A DNA stretch of 54,026 bases from Opitutia bacterium (GCA_050506795.1 JBJHCF010000038.1:1-54026), one strand, 5' to 3'. Positions 7,458 through 16,533 are shown, counted from the stretch's first letter. A program made the numbers and translations. Notes: a model not told the origin generated them from the letters alone.

Positions 7458-7736
7458 GTAGCGCCCCGCCTCAGTGGGCGAATTCCGGTGTTCGAACGGC
7501 ATTGGGGAATCTGGCAGGAGAGTCTCCGGCTAAAGCACGGAGCTACGGTGGGGAATCGTAGCGCCCTGCTTCAGCGGGCGTTTGTCCGGCGTAAGGATGC
7601 CATTGAGGGATCTGGATGGGGAATCTCCTGTCTAAAGCACGGAGCTACGGTGGGGAATCGTAGCTCCCTGCTTCAGCGGGCGAACTGGCAGCTAAAAGCG
7701 GTAATTGCGATCCTACCGGCTGAAGCGCGGAGCTAC
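7458..7736. repeat. BIME-like cluster of three GTAG-type REP doublets
   Basis: GTAGC(G/T)CCC.GC.TCAG.GGGCG at 7458, 7558 and 7660; inverted partners ending GGAGCTAC at 7546, 7648 and 7736; constant GGTGGGGAATC linker; period ~100 bp. Confidence 0.85.
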
Positions 7737-7805
7737 TCAGAGCCAGTTGTGGCGACTATCGATAACCCGCCCTAACCCTTCCAATCCGGCAAACCGGGGT
7801 TCTGG

Positions 7806-7875
7806 GCCTTCACCCGGTTCCTGCAGTTCCTGCCTCCGTGTCTTTGTGGCTCCGTGTGAGAAAATGATTTGTTTC
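7806..7875. repeat. Solo right half of the inverted-repeat element
   Basis: 32 bp (7833-7864) identical to 6865-6896, with further similarity on both sides. Confidence 0.88.
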
Positions 7876-7896
7876 CGGCTTTGCAAAGGGGCGGCT

Positions 7897-10377
7897 TCAC
7901 TGAGACGCGTCGATGCGTTGCGGACGGCGGGTGGGGGCGAGGTAGGCATCGTAATAGTTTGTTGGTCGCTCCCACATCCACCAGGTTCCGTCCTGGGCCA
8001 GGGCGTAAACACCCCGGAAGCCGGTGGTGACAGAGGCCCAGACAGGGTCTGAGGTGAGGGGTTTGACGGGCCCCAGGATTTCCTGTCGAGCATGTTCATG
8101 GCGGGTCACGTTATGGCCCCAGAGGCTGCCATCATTTTTTACAGCGGCGAAGGCGCCATGCCAGGCGGGCGCCGCGAACGCCCAGTCGTTGTCAGAGCCG
8201 ATCCGGCGCGGTTGTGGCCCTGGACCGTGCGCCGAGATCGGCCAACTCAGAGCCCACAAACTTCCGTCATCCAGGACGGCCAAACGAACGCTGGACCGGC
8301 CGGTCAGGTGAACCGGGATTCCGAGGAGCGAAGGGGCGAATCGTACTGGAGGAAAGTGTGCCTCGCGGCCCCATGTCGCGCCCCAGTGCCAGAGGCTGCC
8401 ATCTTCTTTCGCCGCCAGGGAATAGCCGCCGACGGCGGCTATGTGCCGCCAGTCGTCATCGTCGGCGACGCGAATCGGGGTTTCTATCCTTTCGCGCAGG
8501 CGCTCGTCGCTGAGTTGGTATCGGGAGTTGTACCCCCATCCCCAAAGGGAACCGTCTTCTTTTACCGCGAGGAAGTGGTTATCGCCGGCCGCCAGATCCT
8601 GCCATCGAGCTTCTTCAGCGAAAGGTTGGATGGTGAACTGTGTGCCGTCGGAATCGGCCGGGGATTTCACGATCTCCCAAAGCGTGCCGTCGGCGCGCAG
8701 GCCGAACAGGTTGCGAAAAGTGGCGGCGAACCGCAGCCAATCATCGTGGTCGAGGAACTCGCCGCCGCCGGGAAAAGAAGAAGGATAGGTCCTGTCGCTG
8801 TGGAGAGCGGCATCGGGAGAGTGGGCCAACCAAACCCGCCCGTCGGGCAGGTGTACGACCCAGGGCAGCGAAGACCTGCCACCGTGGATCAAGGCTCCGT
8901 CGGCCAGGGCCGGATGGGGCGGGCCGATGGCCGGTTCCGGCAGGACCCACTCCCAGGTGCGGTAGTAAATCCAGGGGCTGAGAACCAGGACACCGAGTGC
9001 GACCGCGGCGAACCTGACCGCGTCTCTTCGCCACACCCGGGCGTTGGGCAGGTGTTCCCTGGTGTTTTGACCGGACAGGACCAATGCCGTAACGAGGCAG
9101 GCGGGAATGGCCATTAACAGAAAAAGGCGGATGCCGTGCCAGTTTTCCATCCCAAGGGCTATGAGATAAAATCCGACCGCCAGAGTGACAATGGTGGAGA
9201 TCAGGGCGGCGAGAGTGGTGCGGGCCAGTGAGGAAAAATACCAGGCCAGTACACCGGAAATGAGGGAGTAGGTCCCGAACGGTTTTAGAAGGTTCCACCA
9301 GCCGTCGTCGCCCGCGATCCGCAGGCCGGTGACGGCGACAACGAGTCCGTGAACGGTAAGTGGGAAAACCAGTGCGAGAAGAATGAGGACCTGGGCGGCG
9401 ACGGCCAGTTTAATGAGGAATCGCGTTATGGGCGAGACCGGCAGGCATTGAATTGCCTGGTGCACGCCGAGTTTTCGTTCTTCGGCGACGGCCGCCGCGC
9501 CGATGAGAATGGGAAGCAAAAGGCAAAGCAACAGGATTAAAGCCTGCACGGCTTCGAAGGCGGGACTATTGTCGTCGCGGATGAATAGGAGAGTGGGCAA
9601 CAGGATCGCCAGGTACAGGAGGCTGGCGCCCATCAGCGTCAGTTGATGCAGCCGGAATTCTTTGACGACCAGCGCACGGATCGGGTGTCGAGACGCGCCG
9701 GGCGGGTTCGGCGCGGAAGTGGTGTTCCGGCGCGTGCCCGGGAGCAGGAGTTCGAGATTGACGTTCCATGAATCCAGATCCTGGGCGCGCTGGAACAACC
9801 AGCGGGCGAAGAGGAAAGCGGATACGGCGTAGACGGTCCCGATGGTCACGATAACCGGGAGCCGGGCGGATTCGAAAAGCGGGACGGTCAGTCCGTAAAG
9901 CAGAAATGAAAAAAGAATGACGACCAGGAGGGACAGGCAAAAAGCTCCGGCCGCGTGCCGGAAGAGCAGGCTCACCCACAATCCGGTGCTGGCTACCGTG
10001 GCCGCCGCCGCCAGCGACAAAAAGCCCATTTGCGGAGAAAAACCGTGAAAGGCGCTCAGCAGAACCCAGAACACGAGCCATACCGAGAAAGAGGCGATGC
10101 CGAGCGTTCGGATCTTGTTTTGCCAGAGTTCGGCGCGGGCGACGGGTTGGCTCAAGATCAGTTGAAAGGTTTGCTGCATGAATTCCCGAGCGAAGGAAGA
10201 AACGGCCACGAGCACGATGCCCAGCGTCAGGGTCGCGAGCGGCAAACTTGTGAACCAATTCTCCCACTCGTTGAGTTCGACCCTCGGAACAGCCAGTATG
10301 GATACGACGACCAGCAGCAGGGCGGCGATCCAGGCGGGGAAGAGCAGGCGAACTTCTTTGGTGAGTAGCGGGTTCAT
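7897..10377 (-). CDS. ABC-2-type permease (two membrane halves) fused to a C-terminal RCC1/BLIP-II-like beta-propeller
   Basis: Two homologous membrane blocks (LLTKEVRL..FAREF..SQPVAR and LVVKEFRL..VAEERK..CLPVSP); then repeats such as AAGDNHFLAVKEDGSLWGWGYNSRYQL and SLAAKEDGSLWHWG. Confidence 0.82.
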   Translation of the reverse strand: MNPLLTKEVRLLFPAWIAALLLVVVSILAVPRVELNEWENWFTSLPLATLTLGIVLVAVSSFAREFMQQTFQLILSQPVARAELWQNKIRTLGIASFSVWLVFWVLLSAFHGFSPQMGFLSLAAAATVASTGLWVSLLFRHAAGAFCLSLLVVILFSFLLYGLTVPLFESARLPVIVTIGTVYAVSAFLFARWLFQRAQDLDSWNVNLELLLPGTRRNTTSAPNPPGASRHPIRALVVKEFRLHQLTLMGASLLYLAILLPTLLFIRDDNSPAFEAVQALILLLCLLLPILIGAAAVAEERKLGVHQAIQCLPVSPITRFLIKLAVAAQVLILLALVFPLTVHGLVVAVTGLRIAGDDGWWNLLKPFGTYSLISGVLAWYFSSLARTTLAALISTIVTLAVGFYLIALGMENWHGIRLFLLMAIPACLVTALVLSGQNTREHLPNARVWRRDAVRFAAVALGVLVLSPWIYYRTWEWVLPEPAIGPPHPALADGALIHGGRSSLPWVVHLPDGRVWLAHSPDAALHSDRTYPSSFPGGGEFLDHDDWLRFAATFRNLFGLRADGTLWEIVKSPADSDGTQFTIQPFAEEARWQDLAAGDNHFLAVKEDGSLWGWGYNSRYQLSDERLRERIETPIRVADDDDWRHIAAVGGYSLAAKEDGSLWHWGATWGREAHFPPVRFAPSLLGIPVHLTGRSSVRLAVLDDGSLWALSWPISAHGPGPQPRRIGSDNDWAFAAPAWHGAFAAVKNDGSLWGHNVTRHEHARQEILGPVKPLTSDPVWASVTTGFRGVYALAQDGTWWMWERPTNYYDAYLAPTRRPQRIDASQ

Positions 10378-11276
10378 GACACTTTTTCGCCCAGGGCTTG
10401 TGACGCGACGAAGAGTTCCTCCATCGACAACACCTCCACCCTCAGGTCTTCAGGATTGCGGGTTTTCAGATCGGCGAGCAAGGCGTCGCTGTTGCCATTG
10501 GCGAGGATCTCCAATTCGCGTCCGGTGTTTTTGATGCGCAGGGCTCCGGGAAGGTCGATGGCGCCGACCGGATCGGCGAAGCGGGCGTGAATCTTCTTGA
10601 AACGCCGGCGGGCGTCGTCGGCGTCCAATGTCAATTGGTCGGTCCCTTCATCGATAATAGTGAATTCGTCGATCAGCCCCTCGAACTCGGATATCAGGTG
10701 AGTGGATACAAAAACGGTGCGGTGCTCGGGGTCGCCGGCCTGGTAGGCGCCGATGACGGTCTCGATGAACTCCCGGCGCACGATGGGATCGAGACCGGAC
10801 GTCGGCTCGTCGAGAACCAGCAGGTCCGGTTCGGGGCAGACAGCGGCGATGAGCGCGAGCTGGGTTTTTTGTCCCTTGGACAGGGATGTGGCTTTTTGGT
10901 CCGGCGGCAGACGGAAGCGCGCCAGCAGGTCGGCCTCGATGTCCCGGTTCCAGTGTTCGCGGAACGAAGCGACGAAATCGAGCACGTCACGGACGCTCAT
11001 CCAGGGGTAGAAGGACACGGCGTCGGGTACGTAGCACAGGCGTTTCTTGACCGCGACCTCGTCGCGTCGTGGATCCAGGCCAAAGACGCGGATGTTTCCG
11101 GAATGGGGGCGCAGCAGATTCAAGAGGCATTTGATGGTGGTCGTTTTGCCGGCGCCGTTGCGACCGAATAGACCGTAGCAGCGCCCGGCCCGAACGGTGA
11201 GATTCAGGTTGTGGACCGCTTCCCGTTTCGCGTAGCTACGGGAAAGGTTTTTGATTTCGATTACCGGTTCATTCAT
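10374..11276 (-). CDS. ABC transporter ATP-binding protein (YtrB-like)
   Basis: Walker A GRNGAGKTT, signature LSKGQ, Walker B LLVLDEPT, H-loop STH; overlaps both neighbouring genes. Confidence 0.95.
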   Translation of the reverse strand: MNEPVIEIKNLSRSYAKREAVHNLNLTVRAGRCYGLFGRNGAGKTTTIKCLLNLLRPHSGNIRVFGLDPRRDEVAVKKRLCYVPDAVSFYPWMSVRDVLDFVASFREHWNRDIEADLLARFRLPPDQKATSLSKGQKTQLALIAAVCPEPDLLVLDEPTSGLDPIVRREFIETVIGAYQAGDPEHRTVFVSTHLISEFEGLIDEFTIIDEGTDQLTLDADDARRRFKKIHARFADPVGAIDLPGALRIKNTGRELEILANGNSDALLADLKTRNPEDLRVEVLSMEELFVASQALGEKVS

Positions 11277-11685
11277 GACGTTTTCCTCTTTTTGGATTTG
11301 CGGCGTCGTCGGACAAGCGGTCCAGACGCTGATCGAGCAGTTCCCTCAAATCATCGGCGTCCACCTGCAACTGGTGGGCCAGGACCACGGCCCGGTCGAT
11401 CTCCGCGATCAGGAGATCGCGTTTGGCCTGCTTGCTGTAGGGCGAGTGGTTTTTCTTTAGAAAGCATCCTTTGCCCGGCACGGTTTCGATGACCCCCTGG
11501 TTCTCCAATTCCGTGTAAGCCTTGCCGATGGTGTTGCGGTTGACCCGCAACTCCTCAGCCAGCGGACGAATCGAAGGCAGCGGATCGCCGGCTTTCAGTC
11601 GGCCGGAAGCGGCGGCGTAGCGAATCTGGTCCACCACCTGCAAGTAAACGGGTTTTTCCGACTTGTAGTTAATCCGTACGAGCAT
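11269..11685 (-). CDS. GntR family (YtrA subfamily) transcriptional regulator
   Basis: PVYLQVVDQI, GDPLPSIRPLAEELRVNRNTIGKAY and PGKGCF; short C-terminal helix; precedes ABC genes. Confidence 0.93.
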   Translation of the reverse strand: MLVRINYKSEKPVYLQVVDQIRYAAASGRLKAGDPLPSIRPLAEELRVNRNTIGKAYTELENQGVIETVPGKGCFLKKNHSPYSKQAKRDLLIAEIDRAVVLAHQLQVDADDLRELLDQRLDRLSDDAANPKRGKRHE

Positions 11686-11688
11686 GAT

Positions 11689-11722
11689 CTACTGGCATAG
11701 GTCAATAGGACAGTAGGGTCAA
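11689..11722 (-). promoter_or_regulatory. YtrA-type operator overlapping the promoter
   Basis: Imperfect palindrome CTACTGTCCTA-TTGACC-TATGCCAGTAG (11689-11716) immediately downstream of -35 TTGACC (11717-11722). Confidence 0.55.
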
Positions 11723-11778
11723 GAGAAAATTTTTGTATTCTTTGAAATGGGCCAGGGTTCCGGGGGGGTGTGACCGCT

Positions 11779-11872
11779 AATCTTGCGGCAATCGCGCAAG
11801 ATTTTCTGGAGGGCAACGCTCCGCCGTTGCCGATTTGCCGATCGGGCGGCAACGGCGGAGCGTTGCCCTCCA
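11779..11872. repeat. TGGAGGG-type REP doublet (perfect 26-bp inverted pair) with an adjacent AATCTTGCG...CGCAAGATT hairpin
   Basis: TGGAGGGCAACGCTCCGCCGTTGCCG (11807-11832) and its exact reverse complement (11847-11872). Confidence 0.85.
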
Positions 11873-11943
11873 CGTAACTGCTGATTGGTGCCGGCTCCAT
11901 CGCCACGTGGCGTTGGGTGAGGCAAGTGGGATATCCTGAAATG

Positions 11944-11975
11944 AAAAAAAACCCGCGGCGAACCGCGGGTTTTTT
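11944..11975 (-). terminator. Intrinsic, probably bidirectional, terminator after the HU gene
   Basis: A-tract, ACCCGCGG-CGAA-CCGCGGGT, T-tract. Confidence 0.85.
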
Positions 11976-11999
11976 ATGTAATGATCGGACGGATACCGT

Positions 12000-12275
12000 T
12001 TAGGCCATGGCCTTGAGTCCGGTGCCCGCTTTGAATTTCACGGTTTTGGAAGCCTTGATCTTGATTGGCTCCTTGGTGCGGGGGTTGATACCCTGACGCG
12101 CGGCGCGCTTGGCGACACTGAAGGTGCCGAAGCCGGCGAGTTGAACGGACTTGTCTTTTTTCACGCCTTTTTTGATGCCTTCGAGGACCGCGTCGACGGC
12201 CCGCTCGGCGGCGGCTTTGGAGGCATCGGCTCCAAGGGATTTCTGCACTGCTTCAACGAGTTCTGATTTATTCAT
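12000..12275 (-). CDS. hup: HU family DNA-binding protein
   Basis: MNKSELVEAV, VQLAGFGTF, RAARQGINPRTKEPIKIKA and FKAG. Confidence 0.96.
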   Translation of the reverse strand: MNKSELVEAVQKSLGADASKAAAERAVDAVLEGIKKGVKKDKSVQLAGFGTFSVAKRAARQGINPRTKEPIKIKASKTVKFKAGTGLKAMA

Positions 12276-12386
12276 TTTCTGATGTCGAATATGGGTTCTG
12301 GTTGACGCCTTCCGCGTCGTACCGGGTCCTAGAAAAGACGGCTTTTCCGGGTGGCGTCAACCTAAATCCCTTTGGTTAAGCGGATT

Positions 12387-13478
12387 TCAGTCGATTTTTT
12401 CGGGGGCGGTTTGCTCCGCTTTCTGTTGCGCGAGGAGGCAGAGTTCCGCGGCTTTGAAGGTGTGTTCCTGAGTCATGGCGTTTTCGGTGCGGTTGAGGCA
12501 GTCGAGAATGAGCTGGCCGAAGTACGGGTAACCCACTTTTCCGGAAAGCTCCATGTGCTGTTCGCCCTCGTGGTTGACCAGGTAGAGTTGGTCGCCCTTG
12601 CGGCCGGTGGCGATGTCGATGTATTTGCGCAACTCGATGTATCCGTCGGTTCCGAGCAGGAACATGCGTCCGTCGCCCCAGGTCCCGAGGCCGTCCGGGG
12701 TAAACCAGTCGACGCGGAAATAAAACGAGGCGCCGTTGTTTCCGACCAGGGAGGCTTCGCCAAAATCCTCCAGTTCCGGGAACTCGGGGTGGTTGAAGTT
12801 GGCGACCCGCGCGGAGGCGATGGTGGCGTCCGAGGCACCGGTGTAATAGAGGAACTGTTCGCACTGGTGGCTGCCGATATCGGTGAGGATGCCGCCGTAC
12901 TGCGCCTTTTTGTAGAACCAGTCCGGTCGTTTGGCCGGATCACCCAGGCGATGAGGACCGAAGCCGACCACCTGCAGCACGCGGCCGATGGCGCCCTGGT
13001 GGACCAGTTCGCCGGCGAAGATGGCGCATTCGACGTGCAGGCGTTCGCTGTAGTAGACGGCGTATTTGCGCCCGGTGTCGACGACGGCCTGGCGAGCCGC
13101 ATCCAACTGATCGAGTCCGGTGAAGGGTGTCTTGTCGGTAAAATAATCTTTACCGGCCTGCATGACGCGAATGCCGAGGGGACCGCGTTCGCTGGGGATG
13201 GCGGCGGCGGCGACCAGTTTGATTTCCGGATCATCCAGGATCGCGTTTTCGCTGTCGACCGGTTTGACCCCGGGAAAGCGTTGGCAGAAGTCCTTCACCT
13301 TCTCCGGATCCGGGTCGTACACATACCGAAGGTCGCCGCCGGCTTCCACCAGGCCGTTGCATTGGCCGAAGATGTGGCCATGGTCCAGGCCGATGGCGGC
13401 GAAGGGAAATTCGCCCGGTTTGACCACCGGGGCCGGTTTGCCCTTGGGGGCGTAATTCATTCCATCTTTTGCGCTCAT
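12387..13478 (-). CDS. Gfo/Idh/MocA family oxidoreductase
   Basis: Rossmann start IGLDHGHI, DKTP (EKP variant), YGGILTDIGSHQ. Confidence 0.9.
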   Translation of the reverse strand: MSAKDGMNYAPKGKPAPVVKPGEFPFAAIGLDHGHIFGQCNGLVEAGGDLRYVYDPDPEKVKDFCQRFPGVKPVDSENAILDDPEIKLVAAAAIPSERGPLGIRVMQAGKDYFTDKTPFTGLDQLDAARQAVVDTGRKYAVYYSERLHVECAIFAGELVHQGAIGRVLQVVGFGPHRLGDPAKRPDWFYKKAQYGGILTDIGSHQCEQFLYYTGASDATIASARVANFNHPEFPELEDFGEASLVGNNGASFYFRVDWFTPDGLGTWGDGRMFLLGTDGYIELRKYIDIATGRKGDQLYLVNHEGEQHMELSGKVGYPYFGQLILDCLNRTENAMTQEHTFKAAELCLLAQQKAEQTAPEKID

Positions 13479-13510
13479 AAATTTTAGCTATCGGGTTCTT
13501 AAGCGTGCGA

Positions 13511-14284
13511 TTATTTCTCGCAGAGGTGCTCGCGAATGAATTCGAAACTCTTGCGAGCCGAATCGAACGGATCTCCCGGGCAGGTGTCCTGCTCCACGGC
13601 GTACCATTGGCATCCGCCTTCGTCGCAGGCGGCGATGATCGGTTTGAAGTCGATATTGCCATGACCGATCTCCGCGAACTCCGGTTTGAGATCGTCGTTC
13701 ACCCGGTAGTCCTTGAGGTGAAGGATCGGAAGACGGCCGGCCAGCTTGCGGCACCAGTCGAGGGGGCTGGCGCCGCCGTACTGTACCCAGTACGTGTCGA
13801 CTTCGCCCTGGAGGTAGCGCGGGTCGGTTTTTTCGAAAATACGTTCGAAAACGGTGCGCCCTTCCAGTTTGCGGAATTCGTGATTGTGGTTGTGGTAGGC
13901 CAGGGTGAGGCCCGCTTCGTGGAGCACCTTTCCGGCGCGGTTGAGTTTGGCGATCAAGGTGTCGACCGCTTCAACGGAACCGAAGTCGATGCCCTTGGGG
14001 AAAGGGTAGGCGGTGATGGTGCAGTTGAGTTTTCGCAGGCGTTCCACCACGCCTTCCGGTTCGTCGAGAATGGTCTCCGCCGGTTCGTGAGTGGCGCATA
14101 TGGTCAGGCCCTCTCCTTCCGCGATGGCGACCAATTCCTTTTCGTCGATCGGTCCCATGCCACTGACCTGAATAGCGCGGTAGCCGATTTCGCGTGTCTT
14201 CTTGAGAGAGGCGGCGATATCGGCGGGCGTTTTCAGCGCGTCGCGAATGGTGTAGGTCTGGAGGGCGACTTGTTCGATTTTCAT
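13511..14284 (-). CDS. Sugar phosphate isomerase/epimerase (AP endonuclease 2 TIM barrel)
   Basis: LQTYTIR, YHNHNHEF, EVDTYW, LHLKD, GHGNIDF and VEQD metal-binding motifs. Confidence 0.9.
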   Translation of the reverse strand: MKIEQVALQTYTIRDALKTPADIAASLKKTREIGYRAIQVSGMGPIDEKELVAIAEGEGLTICATHEPAETILDEPEGVVERLRKLNCTITAYPFPKGIDFGSVEAVDTLIAKLNRAGKVLHEAGLTLAYHNHNHEFRKLEGRTVFERIFEKTDPRYLQGEVDTYWVQYGGASPLDWCRKLAGRLPILHLKDYRVNDDLKPEFAEIGHGNIDFKPIIAACDEGGCQWYAVEQDTCPGDPFDSARKSFEFIREHLCEK

Positions 14285-14296
14285 GGCGGGTGAGGT

Positions 14297-15460
14297 TCAG
14301 GTGTTGAAGCTCTTGGAAAAGTCGCCGGCGGATTCGCGAACCGCTTTTTTCTGAAAAGTGGAGTTCTTGATCCGGTCCTGGAGAGCCGCTTCGTACTCCG
14401 CACTGTCCATGGGCAGGTCAATGGTGGCTTCCTTGAACGCTGACAGGAGCATGGCGTTGGCGAGTTCCACCGAGTGAATGCCCTCGATCCCCGGGGCGAT
14501 GAGTTCGGCGCCGTCGAGAATGGCGGCGACGAAATTGTTCAGGACCTCGTTGTGTTGTCCGCCGTGTCCGCTGATCGGGATGTCGGCCACCCAGTGGGGC
14601 GGCCGGGCGAAGGCTTCGTCGGATTGCCGGCTGAACTCGGTCATGGAGACCTCGTTGCGCAGGAAGGTAAGGCGGTCATCTTCCACCACCAGTTTGCCGC
14701 GGTCGCCGATCACTTCCAGCCGGTTGGTGCCGGGGGCCTCGCCGGTGTTGGTGATAAAAACCGCGTTCGCGCCGTTCTGGTACTGGAAATAGGCGGTGAC
14801 GTCGTCCTCCACCTCGATGTCGTGATAGCGGCCGAACCCGCAAAAGGCTCGAACCTTGCTCGGCATGCCGAACATCCATTGGAAGAGATCGAGCTGGTGG
14901 GGACACTGGTTCAGCAGCACGCCGCCGCCTTCGCCTTTCCAGGTGGCGCGCCAGCCGCCGGAGGCGTAGTAGGCTTCGGTGCGAAACCAATTGGTGATGA
15001 TCCAGTTGATGCGGCGAATCGGTCCGAGCTCACCGGTCTGCACCAGTTGGCGGACCTTGCGGTAATGCGGATCGGTCCTTTGGTTGAACATGGCTCCGAA
15101 AATCTGGCGATCGTGCTTGCGATGCGCGGCGATCAGACGCTCGCAGTCGGCCTTGTGGACGGAGATCGGTTTTTCGACCAGCACGTGCAGTCCATTCTCC
15201 AGTGCTTCGATCCCAAGAGAGGTATGGGAATAGTGAGGTGTGGCGATGAGAACCGCGTCCACCTCGCCTGAACGGATCAGTTCGCTACTGTCGGCGAACC
15301 CCTTAAGGTCGGGAAACTGGGCGCGTCGTTTTTCGCTGGCATCGGCGATGGCGGTCAGGTGGCAGCGCGCGATTTTTCCGTCAAGAATTGACCTGGCATG
15401 CGCGGCGCCCATGTTGCCGATTCCGATTATGCCGAGGCGTAAGTCTTTGGTTTGGGTCAT
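14297..15460 (-). CDS. Gfo/Idh/MocA family oxidoreductase
   Basis: GIIGIGNMG, ATPHYSH, VEKP and WRATWKGEGGGVLLNQCPHQLD. Confidence 0.93.
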   Translation of the reverse strand: MTQTKDLRLGIIGIGNMGAAHARSILDGKIARCHLTAIADASEKRRAQFPDLKGFADSSELIRSGEVDAVLIATPHYSHTSLGIEALENGLHVLVEKPISVHKADCERLIAAHRKHDRQIFGAMFNQRTDPHYRKVRQLVQTGELGPIRRINWIITNWFRTEAYYASGGWRATWKGEGGGVLLNQCPHQLDLFQWMFGMPSKVRAFCGFGRYHDIEVEDDVTAYFQYQNGANAVFITNTGEAPGTNRLEVIGDRGKLVVEDDRLTFLRNEVSMTEFSRQSDEAFARPPHWVADIPISGHGGQHNEVLNNFVAAILDGAELIAPGIEGIHSVELANAMLLSAFKEATIDLPMDSAEYEAALQDRIKNSTFQKKAVRESAGDFSKSFNT

Positions 15461-15606
15461 GATTCGATACAAGCGTTCCGGGCGGGAATGTCTATGGGAA
15501 AAGTGTGTCCCTCAATTTGGATCGGGGGAACAATGAGCTGTCCAGTGATCTTTGGGTCGGAATCTTGCCAATTGCGGGGGAGTTCGGCCAGTCTATTCGA
15601 GTTGGC

Positions 15607-16533
15607 ATGGAACGAACACTTTATTTGTTGACCGGGTGCACCGCGACGGGAAAAACCGGGTGGGGGTTGCGCTGGGCGGAGCGGTTTGGCGCGGAGATCG
15701 TCTCCTGTGACGCCATGCTCTTTTACCGTGGAATGGATATCGGGACCGCCAAACCGACGGCGGAGGAGCGAGCCCGGGTACCGCATCACCTGATCGACGT
15801 GGTCCCGGTGGATCAGACGTTTGATGTCGGCCGCTATGCTACTTTGGCGACCCGGGTGGTGGAGGATATCGTGGACCGCGGACGCGTGCCGCTGGTGGTG
15901 GGAGGCAGCGGGTTTTACCTCATGAGTTTTCTCCGGCCGGTGATCGATTCCGTTCAGGTCGACCACGAGACCCGGGAGCGGGTCGAGGAACTGATGCAAA
16001 ATGCTGGCCCGGAAGGCGTTCGTGACGCCTTGCGTCGCTGTAATCCCGGTGGTCTCGGTGATCTGGACACCGCCAATCCGCGCCGACTGACGCGCGCTCT
16101 GGAGCGGTGCTGGTCAAGCGGGCTGACCCTGGCGGAGCTCAAGACCATGTTCGAAAGCCAGCCGGAGCCCTTTTCCGGCTACGGCAAACAAATCCTCGTG
16201 ATCGAGCGGGAGGACGATGAACTGAAGAAGCGGATCGAGGCACGAGCCAAAGCGATGGTGGCGGACGGACTGGTCGAGGAGGTGCGGAGGTTGAAGGAGT
16301 TGAATCTGGAAAATAACCCGACCGCCGCGCGGGCTATCGGTTATCGGGAGACGCTCTCCTGGCTGGACACCGGCGAGAGCGGTTCGGTGGCGGAGCTGAC
16401 CGAGGAAATCGCAGCCAACACCTGGAAACTGGTCAGGAAGCAGAAAACCTGGTTTCGCCACCAGTTTCCGACGGCGCGGCGTTTGTTGTTGCGAAGCGAT
16501 GACGGCGCTGAGCTCGGTTCCCTGTTCGGTTAG
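15607..16533 (+). CDS. miaA: tRNA dimethylallyltransferase
   Basis: GCTATGKT, SCDAMLFYRGMDIGTAKP, VGGSGFY, AIGYRE and KQKTWF. Confidence 0.96.
   Translation: MERTLYLLTGCTATGKTGWGLRWAERFGAEIVSCDAMLFYRGMDIGTAKPTAEERARVPHHLIDVVPVDQTFDVGRYATLATRVVEDIVDRGRVPLVVGGSGFYLMSFLRPVIDSVQVDHETRERVEELMQNAGPEGVRDALRRCNPGGLGDLDTANPRRLTRALERCWSSGLTLAELKTMFESQPEPFSGYGKQILVIEREDDELKKRIEARAKAMVADGLVEEVRRLKELNLENNPTAARAIGYRETLSWLDTGESGSVAELTEEIAANTWKLVRKQKTWFRHQFPTARRLLLRSDDGAELGSLFG

Noticed and set aside
7458..7736. Mini-CRISPR (~50-bp repeat with variable spacers)
   Set aside because: The repeat resolves into inverted GTAG-REP pairs; repeat and spacer lengths and degeneracy do not fit CRISPR.
7446..7775. 109-aa ORF with a duplicated LKHGATVGNRS motif
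   Set aside because: The duplication simply mirrors the REP cluster.
7769..7810. Integron attC site (CCCTAAC..GGTT)
   Set aside because: No proper RYYYAAC/GTTRRRY pair or L boxes, and no integrase in the window.
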